Origin: a virus
Direction: 5' to 3' (one strand)
Length of the DNA: 64,000 nucleotides
Virus record (IMG/VR): IMGVR_UViG_3300045988_071562
Span: 18,522-82,521 of that record
Shown here in pieces: positions 33,500 to 42,360 of the stretch; positions within the stretch are counted from its first letter, which is position 1; every line of letters starts with the position of its first letter. Both the position numbers and the translations under genes were made by a program. Under the pieces are notes generated by a model that searched no databases, was not told the origin of the DNA, and saw only the letters and a list, made by a program, of their open reading frames with translations.

Positions 33500-34456
33500 A
33501 TGAAAAAATACACACTTGAAACATTAAAGAAAGAGAACGAGCTTTTCAATAGCTATTACGGACTTGAAGAGTCAGACGTAAAAAAAGTAAACCGCATTAT
33601 TGAAATGATTGAAAGATCACGCTCTACAGAAGTCATTCAAAAATATGACGTAGTAGAGTATACAAATGAATATGGTGAGTATTTTCCAAAAGCAACAGCA
33701 ACAAAGAAAAGAGGAGAAAACATAGAGCTTTGTGAAAATGCTGGAATACATTTAAGTATTTATGATAACGAGTTGTGCGGAAGTGCTTCTGGTGGTGCGT
33801 TTAGCCATCATAATAAGTCTGAATTTACATATAAAGGCACGTCAAGCAATACTTTTTGGACTTGGGGAAATGCTGGAGCTTGCGCAAATGGTGGAATTTA
33901 TTTTACCGCAACAATTAATTTGTGGGAATGTAATGACAATAAAGAAATGTTTTCCACAAAAACACATGATAAATATCATTTGTCATATAGAAAAGCAGGA
34001 AACAACGGAGATTATCAATATTTTGCTTCTAAAGCTGGAATGAGTAGCTATGCATGGAGAACTGAAGAAGATATGCAAGCATGGTTGAGAACTAAAAGAG
34101 CAGTTGTGACCGAAAAAAATACATGGGGTGGCGCGGTTATCTGGACATATAAAGAAATAGAGCACCATTGTTCAAATACAGAGTATGACGCTTTAGAAGC
34201 GCCGGAAGATATTTTTTTAATGAACGGAAGCAAAAGACGTTGTAAACGTGTCTATGATGATAAGAATTATATCTTGCATACTTATTTTGTCTGGTACTGG
34301 GAAGATGATACTTTAGACTTTTATAAAAGAATGTCATTACAGAATAAAATTATTGATTCTTACGAGGTGGATTATTTTACAAATGAAGTAAATAAAATCG
34401 CGCTTGAAGAATTGAGAAGCGGAATTATAAAGCCGCTTGAAGTTAAATTTAATTAG
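33500..34456 (+). CDS. Hypothetical protein (318 aa), Trp/Tyr/Cys-rich
   Basis: From the ORF track. First gene of the plus-strand block. No motif recognised. Confidence 0.6.
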   Translation: MKKYTLETLKKENELFNSYYGLEESDVKKVNRIIEMIERSRSTEVIQKYDVVEYTNEYGEYFPKATATKKRGENIELCENAGIHLSIYDNELCGSASGGAFSHHNKSEFTYKGTSSNTFWTWGNAGACANGGIYFTATINLWECNDNKEMFSTKTHDKYHLSYRKAGNNGDYQYFASKAGMSSYAWRTEEDMQAWLRTKRAVVTEKNTWGGAVIWTYKEIEHHCSNTEYDALEAPEDIFLMNGSKRRCKRVYDDKNYILHTYFVWYWEDDTLDFYKRMSLQNKIIDSYEVDYFTNEVNKIALEELRSGIIKPLEVKFN

Positions 34457-34524
34457 ACCGGTAAGCGTACCGGGGAGCATTTCCCCGGCGACCTTTTAAC
34501 AAAAATTCAAGGAGGATAAAAAAC

Positions 34525-34728
34525 ATGATGAAAATTGACATGTGGTACAATGACAAAAAGGAGCAGGCAACCGAGCTTGATATCTGGTTTAATGATTTAG
34601 GGTGTTTTTACTCTGGAAATATCAAGATTTTTGGCAAGACCGTTGGGGATTATTACGCCGACAGTGTGCAAGAAATTTGTGAAGCGTTCCCACATCTGGA
34701 AGAGAAAATAAACGCTTGTTTGAATTAA
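34525..34728 (+). CDS. Hypothetical protein (67 aa)
   Basis: AGGAGG SD. Confidence 0.5.
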   Translation: MMKIDMWYNDKKEQATELDIWFNDLGCFYSGNIKIFGKTVGDYYADSVQEICEAFPHLEEKINACLN

Positions 34729-34742
34729 ATAAATCGATTCCG

Positions 34743-34767
34743 GGCGGGGCTTTCCCGCCTGTTTTTC
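34743..34767 (+). terminator. Intrinsic terminator or attenuator
   Basis: GGCGGGG (34743-34749) pairs with TCCCGCC (34753-34759), followed by TGTTTTT. Confidence 0.45.
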
Positions 34768-34787
34768 TAAAAAAGGAGGGCTTAAAC

Positions 34788-35054
34788 ATGAACGAAAGAA
34801 CTTTTATTATCCGCTTAAAAACTGGGAATAAAATAATCACAGAATCTGAGGCAATAGCCAACGCAGAAGAGCAGAAAGCTAAAGGAATAAAACCGCATTA
34901 TGTTCTTTTTGACGGTGATAAAAAGGAAAAGCTTTCAAATCCCGGCTGGCTGATCTGGTCAACTTGGGAAGATGGTGCAGGCGTTGTGGTTCCTCGCGAT
35001 GACGGAAAGCTTGTTTTACTTACTGGCTGGCAGTCTAATTTAGCATACTGTTAG
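34788..35054 (+). CDS. Hypothetical protein (88 aa)
   Basis: Start moved to ATG 34788 behind AAGGAGGG. Confidence 0.5.
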   Translation: MNERTFIIRLKTGNKIITESEAIANAEEQKAKGIKPHYVLFDGDKKEKLSNPGWLIWSTWEDGAGVVVPRDDGKLVLLTGWQSNLAYC

Positions 35055-35123
35055 GCGTGATGATCTTCTGCCCGGTTCGATTCCGGGGCGCGTCTTTTTA
35101 TCAAAATTATGGAGGTTAAAAGA

Positions 35124-35324
35124 ATGAAAAACTATAATGTATATTATTCTGGAGGATCAAAAATAACAACAGTAAAAGCAAGTTGTGTTATAAAAGCTTG
35201 CAAAGCCTTTATGGAACAATTTAATAAGCCTTACAAAATAGAAAAATATGGTTATGATTATGTAGCTATCAGATTTTGTGATAATTACTCTATATGTAGT
35301 GATTATGTAGTGATTTCAGAATGA
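35124..35324 (+). CDS. Hypothetical protein (66 aa)
   Basis: Start moved to ATG 35124 behind GGAGG. Confidence 0.45.
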   Translation: MKNYNVYYSGGSKITTVKASCVIKACKAFMEQFNKPYKIEKYGYDYVAIRFCDNYSICSDYVVISE

Positions 35325-35371
35325 TTTTATTATTTCCTGGCTCCCAGGGTGAAGGGAAGAAAGAAAAAAAT

Positions 35372-35524
35372 ATGGACTTAATGCAAATAATAAGTTATAT
35401 ACGTGAAAAACATTTGGAAGCTGAGTTTAATAAATTTAGAAATTATCGGTGCATTTCTGGTGTAGAACCTATAGAAACAACATTAATTCTATTTTATAAA
35501 AATCAAAAAGCATCATCGAAATAG
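35372..35524 (+). CDS. Hypothetical protein (50 aa)
   Basis: Start moved to ATG 35372 behind GAAGGGAAG. Confidence 0.35.
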   Translation: MDLMQIISYIREKHLEAEFNKFRNYRCISGVEPIETTLILFYKNQKASSK

Positions 35525-35530
35525 ATTTCC

Positions 35531-35588
35531 ACCGCTTACCAGCTACCAGGCTGGCGGCACGTTCACGGCGTGCAAGCGGTTTTTTTGG
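35531..35588 (+). terminator. Strong intrinsic terminator closing the plus-strand block
   Basis: Outer stem ACCGCTT / AAGCGGT with nested CCAGC/GCTGG and GCAC/GTGC pairings, followed by T8 (35580-35587). Confidence 0.65.
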
Positions 35589-35743
35589 CATTCTGTCAGT
35601 AGTACCTTGGCAATTTAATAGCACAAGTCAGCAAATAAGCAAGCTATTTAAGCCGCAAATGGCTTTTAATGCTGTTAATGGGGATTTATGCCACTATTGC
35701 ATTATAAGCCGTTTATGAGCCTTTAAATGCGTTACATGGTTTA

Positions 35744-35772
35744 TTGACTGTCTGCGGCTATGGGTGTATAAT
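35744..35772 (+). promoter_or_regulatory. Near-consensus sigma-A promoter with no downstream ORF
   Basis: TTGACT (35744-35749), 17-bp spacer, TATAAT (35767-35772). Confidence 0.55.
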
Positions 35773-36557
35773 AGCCTTGTGTAGCTATGTGCGGCTATGC
35801 CTTATTTGCGTACCTTTCCAACAGGCGCATTATGTCCTCTTATGTGCGTAGCTTGTACAGGCTTCCCGGTGATCTGTCGCAGCTGTCCGGGTTATATATC
35901 AATTAGGGATATACAACTATATTGTGATATGCTCGTATAACGCCGTATTTGCCATTTTAAGGTGTTTTATAATCGTAGTCAATAAAATATAGGATAAATA
36001 CGTTACAAGCTATTTAAGGCTTATTTTGTAAGAGTATTATTGCATTTTTAATCACTGCATTATATGCTGTTTGATGTCACAATCTATTATCTGTTGGCTG
36101 TTGGTTCTAATCTGCCAGGGCTACGGCTGGCGGTTGGCTTTGCTGGTGTCCAATTGTTCCCGACATCGTCCCGGATTCATCAGTTCGGCGCGGTATCGGT
36201 TCCCGGTGGTGTATTTGTTTGATTTGCAGCAATAAATACTCGTAGCTGCTCACAGCTTCAATAGTTACAACTAACTTGTAAACGGTTCCCAAATTTCAGC
36301 ATCATTTTGGAAACCAAAAAATCACGGAAATTAAGAAAAAAAGTGGCAATCAGAAAATTTCTCGCATTTTCTAGTTACCACTTAAATTTTAATTTTGCAC
36401 AAATATTTCTATAGCGTAAAGTTCTGAATGATTCAAAATTCACAATTTATTTAATCCTTCTTTCTTACGTGTTCCATATCTTCTGTGAGATGATTTCTCT
36501 AAACGTTCCGTCCTTTTTGTTTGGGACTTTGAAAGTTTTTTCTTTCTCTGGTAATTG

Positions 36558-37223
36558 TCAGTCGTTGTTCCCATTCATACCCTCCTTGTTAATTTTCTGA
36601 TTCCTAGTCTCAAAGTTTACAATTTCCGTGTCTGTTTCTAATTCTTCCGGTATTCTTCCAACAATGATAACTCGCAGTGGCTTCAATCTGCGTTCCATTT
36701 CCTTGAAACCAACGCAAAATTCCAACCGTGCTGCCTTGCTCTTTACTCTTCCATTTGTGCAACAGGCAACTGTGCTTCCCTCTGGCAGTCCATCAAAGCA
36801 CCAGTCCCAACAGTATTCTGGCAGTATGTTTACGTTCGGAATTACCGGAATATCATTCAAGATCATGTAGTGAGCCAGTGAGTGATTGCGGTATTTATTC
36901 CACAAGCACATTACCAGTGGCATTCCATTCTTGCCTACCGATATGCTAAAATCCGGCATAATGACTGCATGAAAACATTTTAAATGCTCCATATATTTGT
37001 CTGGCTGATTCCATAATCTTTGAAACTGTACATCGTCCACGTAGAAGTTTACATCCAGTTCCCGGTGTTTCTTTATCTTTCTACTGAAGCTCTCTGCAAA
37101 GTCTACAGTATCTTTGCCTGGATGGATAAAAGTCTTTGGAATTTTCGGTATTCCGTACTTACCATCAAGGTCTGCATCCGTGATTAAAAACTCTTTCATT
37201 ACGTCATAAGCTGTATGTATCAT
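36558..37223 (-). CDS. DUF4417-like protein
   Basis: Start ATG 37223 (behind GGGAGTGG) or 37238. ..VNFYVDDVQFQRLWNQPDKYMEHLKCFHAVIMPDFS..LWNKYRNHSLAHYM..IPVIPNV..WCFDGLPEGSTVA.. matches my recollection of DUF4417. This family is commonly found next to serine recombinases. Confidence 0.5.
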   Translation of the reverse strand: MIHTAYDVMKEFLITDADLDGKYGIPKIPKTFIHPGKDTVDFAESFSRKIKKHRELDVNFYVDDVQFQRLWNQPDKYMEHLKCFHAVIMPDFSISVGKNGMPLVMCLWNKYRNHSLAHYMILNDIPVIPNVNILPEYCWDWCFDGLPEGSTVACCTNGRVKSKAARLEFCVGFKEMERRLKPLRVIIVGRIPEELETDTEIVNFETRNQKINKEGMNGNND

Positions 37224-37246
37224 TGATTCCACTCCCATTTTTTCTC

Positions 37247-38959
37247 TTATAGTGCTAAAAGGTACTTATATTTGAAAAATACCATATCTTGTGTCTTAAT
37301 GCAAGTTTTCCTACTAAATATATTGTGTTGTTCTGAATGTAGAGTTAAAATCATATCGTCAGAACAACGCAAAGGAAATCCCCATTTTTCAAGGTTTCCA
37401 GACCTCAATTGAAATGTTAGTGTTGCACATGTAGCCGCCAACGGTTCCACGGTAATTTTTTCAAAAAGTTCATTGATAATCTGCCTGTTAATGTCTTTTG
37501 GAGTAACGCCCTTAAACTTTTCTAACTGTTCTTTAATAGCACTTAATTGTATTTCTACTGGCTCTGGACTTTTGGTATTTTGGATTTCTAGAATATGGCT
37601 CTCAATCTGCTTTATCTGCTTCACGTATTCTTTATTTCTTGAAATAAATTCATCATCAGATATTTTTCCGTCCAGATTATATTCCAGTATTTTTTCACGT
37701 TTTTGTTTTAATAGATCAATCTGTTTTTTAAGTCGTGAGATTTCGTTTTTATTGTCTGGAATGTTTTTGATCGAGGACTGCAAAATTTCAAAATATTCCT
37801 CCAAAATGCTATCAATGTTTTCAGAAGATTTATTTATTAATTCTGCGATTACTTCTTTCAGTTCTGATTCTGCCAGTCCAAATGAATCACATGAAGCTGC
37901 TCCGTTTTTTATCTTATAACTACATACCCATCGAACATCTTCTTTTCCTCGAATATAATGTTGCTTCATCCAGTATGGTGCTCCGTCGTTAGCACAGAAA
38001 AGTTTTCCAGTGAAAATATTTTCACTCTTAAAAGAGGTTTTTCTTGATTTTATAGCTTCTCCGCGCTCCCTTAAATACGCATTTGCTTTTTCCCAAGTAA
38101 TCTCGTCAATAATCTGCGGTACTCTGGAACCATCGTCTTTAAACATTACCCATTCTGACTGCGGAAGAAATTCCTGCTTTTTTGTGAACATATCAACGAT
38201 CTTGACTTTTCCTCCGCAATAGTATCCTTTGTATTTTGGATTCCGAATAATATTTTTTATGACATCTCTACTGATCTTACCGCCTTTGAAACTTCTATAT
38301 CCCATATTCCAGAGTTTTTTTTCGATTCTTGGTGTAGACATTCCAGAAGCATAGTCTCGAAAGACCATTCGAACCATATCTGCTTCTTCCGGTATTAGCT
38401 CAAGTTTTCCTTGATGATTTGAGTATCCATACATTCTGTGTCCAAGTACAACACCGTTTTTAATTGACTGTGCATGTCCAAATTTTATTCTTGAAGATAA
38501 TTTTCTGATTTCGTCCTGTGCTACTCCAGCCATAATTGTTAGCCTAAGTTCACTATCTTCATCAATGGTATTGATTCCGTCATTTTGGAACCACACGCAC
38601 ACACCGTAAGACAACAATTCTCTGGTATATTGGATACTATCAAGAGTGTTTCTTGCAAATCTTGAAATTTCTTTTGTGATAATCATATCAATTTTTCCAA
38701 GTTTTGCATCTCTGAGCATTCTTTGAAATTCTTCTCTTTTATCTGCGTGCATTCCAGAAATACCATCATCAATGTAAGAACCTGCAAACTTCCATCTGTT
38801 GTTAGAATGTATCAGTTCTTCAAAATGTTCTTCCTGATGTTTGATGGATGCTTGCTGCTCAAGTTTTTCCGTTGAAACCCTGGCATAATAAGCAACATTT
38901 AATTCAATGTCGTAAATAGAGCAACTTCTTAATTTTTCTCTGACATAATAAATATTCAT
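37247..38959 (-). CDS. Large serine recombinase (integrase)
   Basis: Start moved to ATG 38959 behind GAGGGAG. The N-terminal resolvase domain ..VAYYARVSTEKLEQQ.. carries the catalytic Ser. Recombinase, Cys-containing and coiled-coil regions follow. 570 aa. Confidence 0.85.
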   Translation of the reverse strand: MNIYYVREKLRSCSIYDIELNVAYYARVSTEKLEQQASIKHQEEHFEELIHSNNRWKFAGSYIDDGISGMHADKREEFQRMLRDAKLGKIDMIITKEISRFARNTLDSIQYTRELLSYGVCVWFQNDGINTIDEDSELRLTIMAGVAQDEIRKLSSRIKFGHAQSIKNGVVLGHRMYGYSNHQGKLELIPEEADMVRMVFRDYASGMSTPRIEKKLWNMGYRSFKGGKISRDVIKNIIRNPKYKGYYCGGKVKIVDMFTKKQEFLPQSEWVMFKDDGSRVPQIIDEITWEKANAYLRERGEAIKSRKTSFKSENIFTGKLFCANDGAPYWMKQHYIRGKEDVRWVCSYKIKNGAASCDSFGLAESELKEVIAELINKSSENIDSILEEYFEILQSSIKNIPDNKNEISRLKKQIDLLKQKREKILEYNLDGKISDDEFISRNKEYVKQIKQIESHILEIQNTKSPEPVEIQLSAIKEQLEKFKGVTPKDINRQIINELFEKITVEPLAATCATLTFQLRSGNLEKWGFPLRCSDDMILTLHSEQHNIFSRKTCIKTQDMVFFKYKYLLAL

Positions 38960-39040
38960 AGTGCATTTCTCCCTCAATAAACAGGGAGTGGAATCATATA
39001 AAGTATAACACCTCACATAACTCCACTCAATACATTTTCG

Positions 39041-39148
39041 TTACTTTCTAGTGCTGATTTCAGCTTTAATTTTATCTCTTGTTTTCTCGTCTATCAGACC
39101 AAGTGAGAACATTCTTTCGTTTATGGCATACAATATAGCTTTTTCCAT
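39041..39148 (-). CDS. 35-aa ORF upstream of the integrase (possible accessory or directionality factor)
   Basis: ATG 39148 lies behind GGAGGG (39155-39160). Reads MEKAILYAINERMFSLGLIDEKTRDKIKAEISTRK. Confidence 0.35.
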   Translation of the reverse strand: MEKAILYAINERMFSLGLIDEKTRDKIKAEISTRK

Positions 39149-39277
39149 TAAATGTCCCTCCAAGTAATTATCTAATTTTTTACGTTATTTTCCTTTATCT
39201 TTTGTATGCCCTATAATTTCTACCATTATTCTCTTTTGAACGATTCTTCGCTATTTTAAGTACACAATTATCACATT

Positions 39278-39490
39278 TTACAACAAATCAAAGATATTGA
39301 CCTGTCCGTCAATCTGAGTTTCTTCCAGATTGTAAAATTTACAAGCTATATAATCTGGTTTCCAGTCAATTTCCAGTTCGTATTGCAAGCACTGCGGATG
39401 CTTGCCTCCACGGAAGAACCTGCAATCTGAACAGGTATGCTGATAAGCTGTACCGCCAGACCGCTTATACATTTCGCTTATCTTCCTCAT
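39278..39490 (-). CDS. Hypothetical Cys-containing protein (70 aa)
   Basis: From the ORF track. ATGA overlap with the upstream gene. Confidence 0.5.
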   Translation of the reverse strand: MRKISEMYKRSGGTAYQHTCSDCRFFRGGKHPQCLQYELEIDWKPDYIACKFYNLEETQIDGQVNIFDLL

Positions 39491-39729
39491 AGAATCACTC
39501 GCTTTACTCTTGACTTTCCTTTCGCTTTCTTCTTGAAGATACCATTTTTAACACAATCCCTTGGATCACATCCTCTGCTATGCTCTTCGATCAAGATATA
39601 ATCACAGGTTGCATTTGTACTCCATGCATTTTCACTCTTGCTGTAATAGTCGCATTTTGAGCATTGCCTCCGCTTTAAGCCTATAATTTCAGTGCTTTTT
39701 AATTCTCTCCATGGTTTTCTATCTGGCAA
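39487..39729 (-). CDS. Cys-rich (zinc-binding?) protein, 80 aa
   Basis: Start moved to TTG 39729, which lies 7 nt after GGGAGGTG. ..RRQCSKCDYYSKSENAWSTNATCDYILIEEHSRGCDPRDCV.. Confidence 0.5.
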   Translation of the reverse strand: MPDRKPWRELKSTEIIGLKRRQCSKCDYYSKSENAWSTNATCDYILIEEHSRGCDPRDCVKNGIFKKKAKGKSRVKRVIL

Positions 39730-40259
39730 TTTTCCGCACCTCCCAATCTGGCAGTATCTATAATTTTTAAAAGGTCTGGACTTAGTTTTCTTCGTTCCTG
39801 TTCCCTCTGTACCTCTGCCCGGTAAGTCCTTTGAAAATTTGATTGAACCACACTCCACCATGTGCCATCCACATTTTCAGATACCGCCCATTCTCTAAGT
39901 TGTGCCGGGCTTGATACTGCTTTCTGAATGATTTTTGGAAGCTTATCAAACTCTGTTTCTGCATTATATGTAGAGTTCTGAATAGCTTTGCATACCTTTT
40001 CCCAGGCTTCTGTTTCATTCAGCTCTTCCTTTTGCGGTGCAACGCTTTGTGCGCATTTCCTTAATGCGGCTATTGATGGCTCTTTCCATTCCGTCTGCAT
40101 ATATTTCTTTAATCCGAAACTTAAAAGCTTGTAATCTAGGTCTTTCAAAAGTCCATACCAAGTATCAAAAGCATATTGATCTGGCAGAAATGCTGGGGAA
40201 GTGTACACAGCTTTCATTGCCTTTACGAGTACCGCCCATTCTTCTCTTGTCATACCCAA
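39699..40259 (-). CDS. G39P-like helicase loader/inhibitor domain protein
   Basis: ..MTREEWAVLVKAMKAVYTSPAFLPDQYAFDTWYGLLKDLDYKLLSFGLKKYMQTEWKEPSIAAL.. resembles the SPP1 G39P family. It follows the replisome organiser gene. Confidence 0.5.
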   Translation of the reverse strand: MGMTREEWAVLVKAMKAVYTSPAFLPDQYAFDTWYGLLKDLDYKLLSFGLKKYMQTEWKEPSIAALRKCAQSVAPQKEELNETEAWEKVCKAIQNSTYNAETEFDKLPKIIQKAVSSPAQLREWAVSENVDGTWWSVVQSNFQRTYRAEVQREQERRKLSPDLLKIIDTARLGGAENCQIENHGEN

Positions 40260-41122
40260 TTATCCACCTCGCTTACCCTGTTTTGGATTTTCTCCATGTA
40301 GCTTTGCGGTTTACTTCCGGATTTATCAAGATAGTTCCCTTCAAATACCTTCGCAAAGTTACCTGGCTTTAAGAACCAATCGAAAGTTATCATCCAGCCT
40401 TCTTTGTTCTGGCCTTGTAAGAAGCTGCTATGGCGAATGTTTTCAATGGCTTCTAAGATATCGTCCATATGGTTCTGACGGATTCTGGCTTTCACTGCTT
40501 GTTCTCGTTTTGATGTCATTCTTTTTACAGGGTTAATACCAAATTCTTCCAGAGTATTCCATTCATCAATGATTCGTTGGACGTCAGTCTGACGAATAGT
40601 ATCTTTAGATACTATTAAATCATTTATATCTTTTTCTTTATCTTTATCTAATTCTATATCTAAATCTAATTCTAAATCTTTATCTAAACCTATATCTTTA
40701 TCTGAGTGCGTCTTTTGTTCGTCTGTTTTGCGTCTTTTCTGCGTCTGCCTGTTTGAACGCTCTATTAGTTTGGTATCATCAATAGAATTTCCATTTGTCA
40801 GTGAGTAGCTTCCATTATCTTTCAATAGCAGTTTCTTTTTTTCATCAGTGTATGAAGTTTCTATATATCTGTCTCTAGACAGGGTGTTGTGCATTCTCCA
40901 ATGCTTAATAACAATCACGCCATCATCAAATAAGATAACAAATCTCTTGGCAATCAGAAGCTTTAAATCATCATCGTTTGCACCTATTATTTTTTCAATC
41001 CTCTTTGGGTTTCCAATAAATCCATCATCGTCCGCTCTCATGTTTAGATGAAAATAAAGACATTGTGTTGATAACGGCATATCAAGAAAAGCATCTGTAT
41101 CAACAATTTTCATTGTGAACAT
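40250..41122 (-). CDS. Replisome organiser / DnaD-like replication initiation protein
   Basis: The start is uncertain (ATG 41122/41113 or TTG 41158). N-terminal region: ..DTDAFLDMPLSTQCLYFHLNMRADDDGFIGNPKRI..VIKHWRMHNTL.. C-terminal region: ..IIDEWNTLEEFGINPVKRMTSKREQAVKARI..SSFLQGQNKEGWMITFDWFLKPGNFAKVFEGNY.. (phage conserved C-terminal domain). Confidence 0.7.
   Translation of the reverse strand: MFTMKIVDTDAFLDMPLSTQCLYFHLNMRADDDGFIGNPKRIEKIIGANDDDLKLLIAKRFVILFDDGVIVIKHWRMHNTLSRDRYIETSYTDEKKKLLLKDNGSYSLTNGNSIDDTKLIERSNRQTQKRRKTDEQKTHSDKDIGLDKDLELDLDIELDKDKEKDINDLIVSKDTIRQTDVQRIIDEWNTLEEFGINPVKRMTSKREQAVKARIRQNHMDDILEAIENIRHSSFLQGQNKEGWMITFDWFLKPGNFAKVFEGNYLDKSGSKPQSYMEKIQNRVSEVDNWV
40627..40704. 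repeat. 13 tandem hexamers (consensus WATCTW) inside the replisome organiser gene
   Basis: tatctt tttctt tatctt tatcta attcta tatcta aatcta attcta aatctt tatcta aaccta tatctt tatctg. They encode the acidic linker DKDIGLDKDLELDLDIELDKDKEKD. Confidence 0.8.
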
Positions 41123-41180
41123 TCTTTTATTTGCCAATTCCAAAATTCCTTTCTCCAATTCCTGACTTTTTAAAAAGCGT

Positions 41181-42302
41181 TTATTTTAATTCAACTTCAA
41201 TTCCATTTATTTTCAGTTCTCCATTTACTGGAATCACAAGGGATGGAACACCGTTTATTTCTTTCAGTTCAATTAAAGCAATTTTATCTGGCTGGATACA
41301 GATTGTTGCATCTGGTGTTACAATTTTTGCAGTTTTTGAATTATGAATATTGTCAAGAGCAACAGGCTCATTACTGAAATACATTTCCCAGTTTTCTTTG
41401 AAATTTGATAACTTCTCATCTGGAACTCCGCAATATCCAAAAATCTGTTCCATTTCGTCACATGATACAGTTATCATCTCCGGGCTGTCTTTCTTCTGTT
41501 CTTTCACTTCCTGTAATGATTCAACCAGACTTTCCGTGAAATTGAATGTTGTATCTCCTTCGAAATTATCCATGATGAAATCTGAAAAGACATTGATCTC
41601 ATTACCGGGTATACGTGGAATTGGTGTACCAAGAACGTTTTCGATAAAGTCTGGATGAATATTCTTTATGTTTTTGTTAAAATACAAAATTCCATGAATA
41701 TCAGTGCTTCTGTCATTGAATACAGGGAATAAGAATCCTGTTTCTGGTCTTGAGACTACCCAATCACGAACTCTGTCTTTGATGTTATTTTCAGCCACAT
41801 CATAGCTAAGCCCAGCCTTTGAAAGATTTACTGGACAAATGCTGCACAGAATGTGTTCATAAATTTCTTCTGATGCATCGTGCATTTCGGTTCCATCAGA
41901 AGCTTTTCCTGGAATGTCATATACTGCATGAATGAGAACTATGTAGTAATTTTCGTGATAATCGTAATTTTCAATCACTTTGTCGTAGAACTCGTCCAAA
42001 AGCTCATCATCTTTAAGCTTACTTGCTCTGATCCGCATAAGAAATTCCTGTGTTCCACCCTCTTTTTCCTGTGCTAATGGAAAATCAAGGTTCATAAGGT
42101 TCTTTCCAAGTCTGCCAGACATGGTTTTCTTGAAAATGTCAAAATACTTAAACATTTCTTCCTCTGGAAGGGAAAGGAAAGCTTCTTTAATCTTTGTTTT
42201 CTTATTCTTCTCCGCATCCACATAACAACCACAAATGCGTGTAATGGAACAATTTGCTGGTGTAAATTGTTTCTTGATCTCTGCGATTTCTTTCTTATTC
42301 AT
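41181..42302 (-). CDS. DUF4317-like protein
   Basis: Start moved to ATG 42302 behind GGAGG. MNKKEIAEIKKQFTPANCSITRICGCYVDAEKNKKTKIKEAFLSLPEEEMFKYFDIFKKTMSGRLGKNL.. matches my recollection of DUF4317. Confidence 0.5.
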   Translation of the reverse strand: MNKKEIAEIKKQFTPANCSITRICGCYVDAEKNKKTKIKEAFLSLPEEEMFKYFDIFKKTMSGRLGKNLMNLDFPLAQEKEGGTQEFLMRIRASKLKDDELLDEFYDKVIENYDYHENYYIVLIHAVYDIPGKASDGTEMHDASEEIYEHILCSICPVNLSKAGLSYDVAENNIKDRVRDWVVSRPETGFLFPVFNDRSTDIHGILYFNKNIKNIHPDFIENVLGTPIPRIPGNEINVFSDFIMDNFEGDTTFNFTESLVESLQEVKEQKKDSPEMITVSCDEMEQIFGYCGVPDEKLSNFKENWEMYFSNEPVALDNIHNSKTAKIVTPDATICIQPDKIALIELKEINGVPSLVIPVNGELKINGIEVELK

Positions 42303-42360
42303 GATTAATCCTCCAATTTTAATTTTTGTAAAATAAATCAAATTATATGAATTTTATGTG

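Noticed and set aside
35071-35099. CCCGG-TTCGATT-CCGGG followed by GCGCGTC resembles the T arm and 3' acceptor strand of a tRNA, hinting at an attP core for tRNA integration.
   Set aside because: There is no matching 5' acceptor strand or anticodon arm. It sits where each gene of the plus-strand block has a GC hairpin and is followed by a T-run, so a terminator explains it. Serine integrases rarely target tRNA genes.
36107-36292. A 61-aa minus-strand ORF lies in the 1-kb non-coding region.
   Set aside because: It has no SD, is isolated from any operon, and its composition is driven by local GC-rich repeats.
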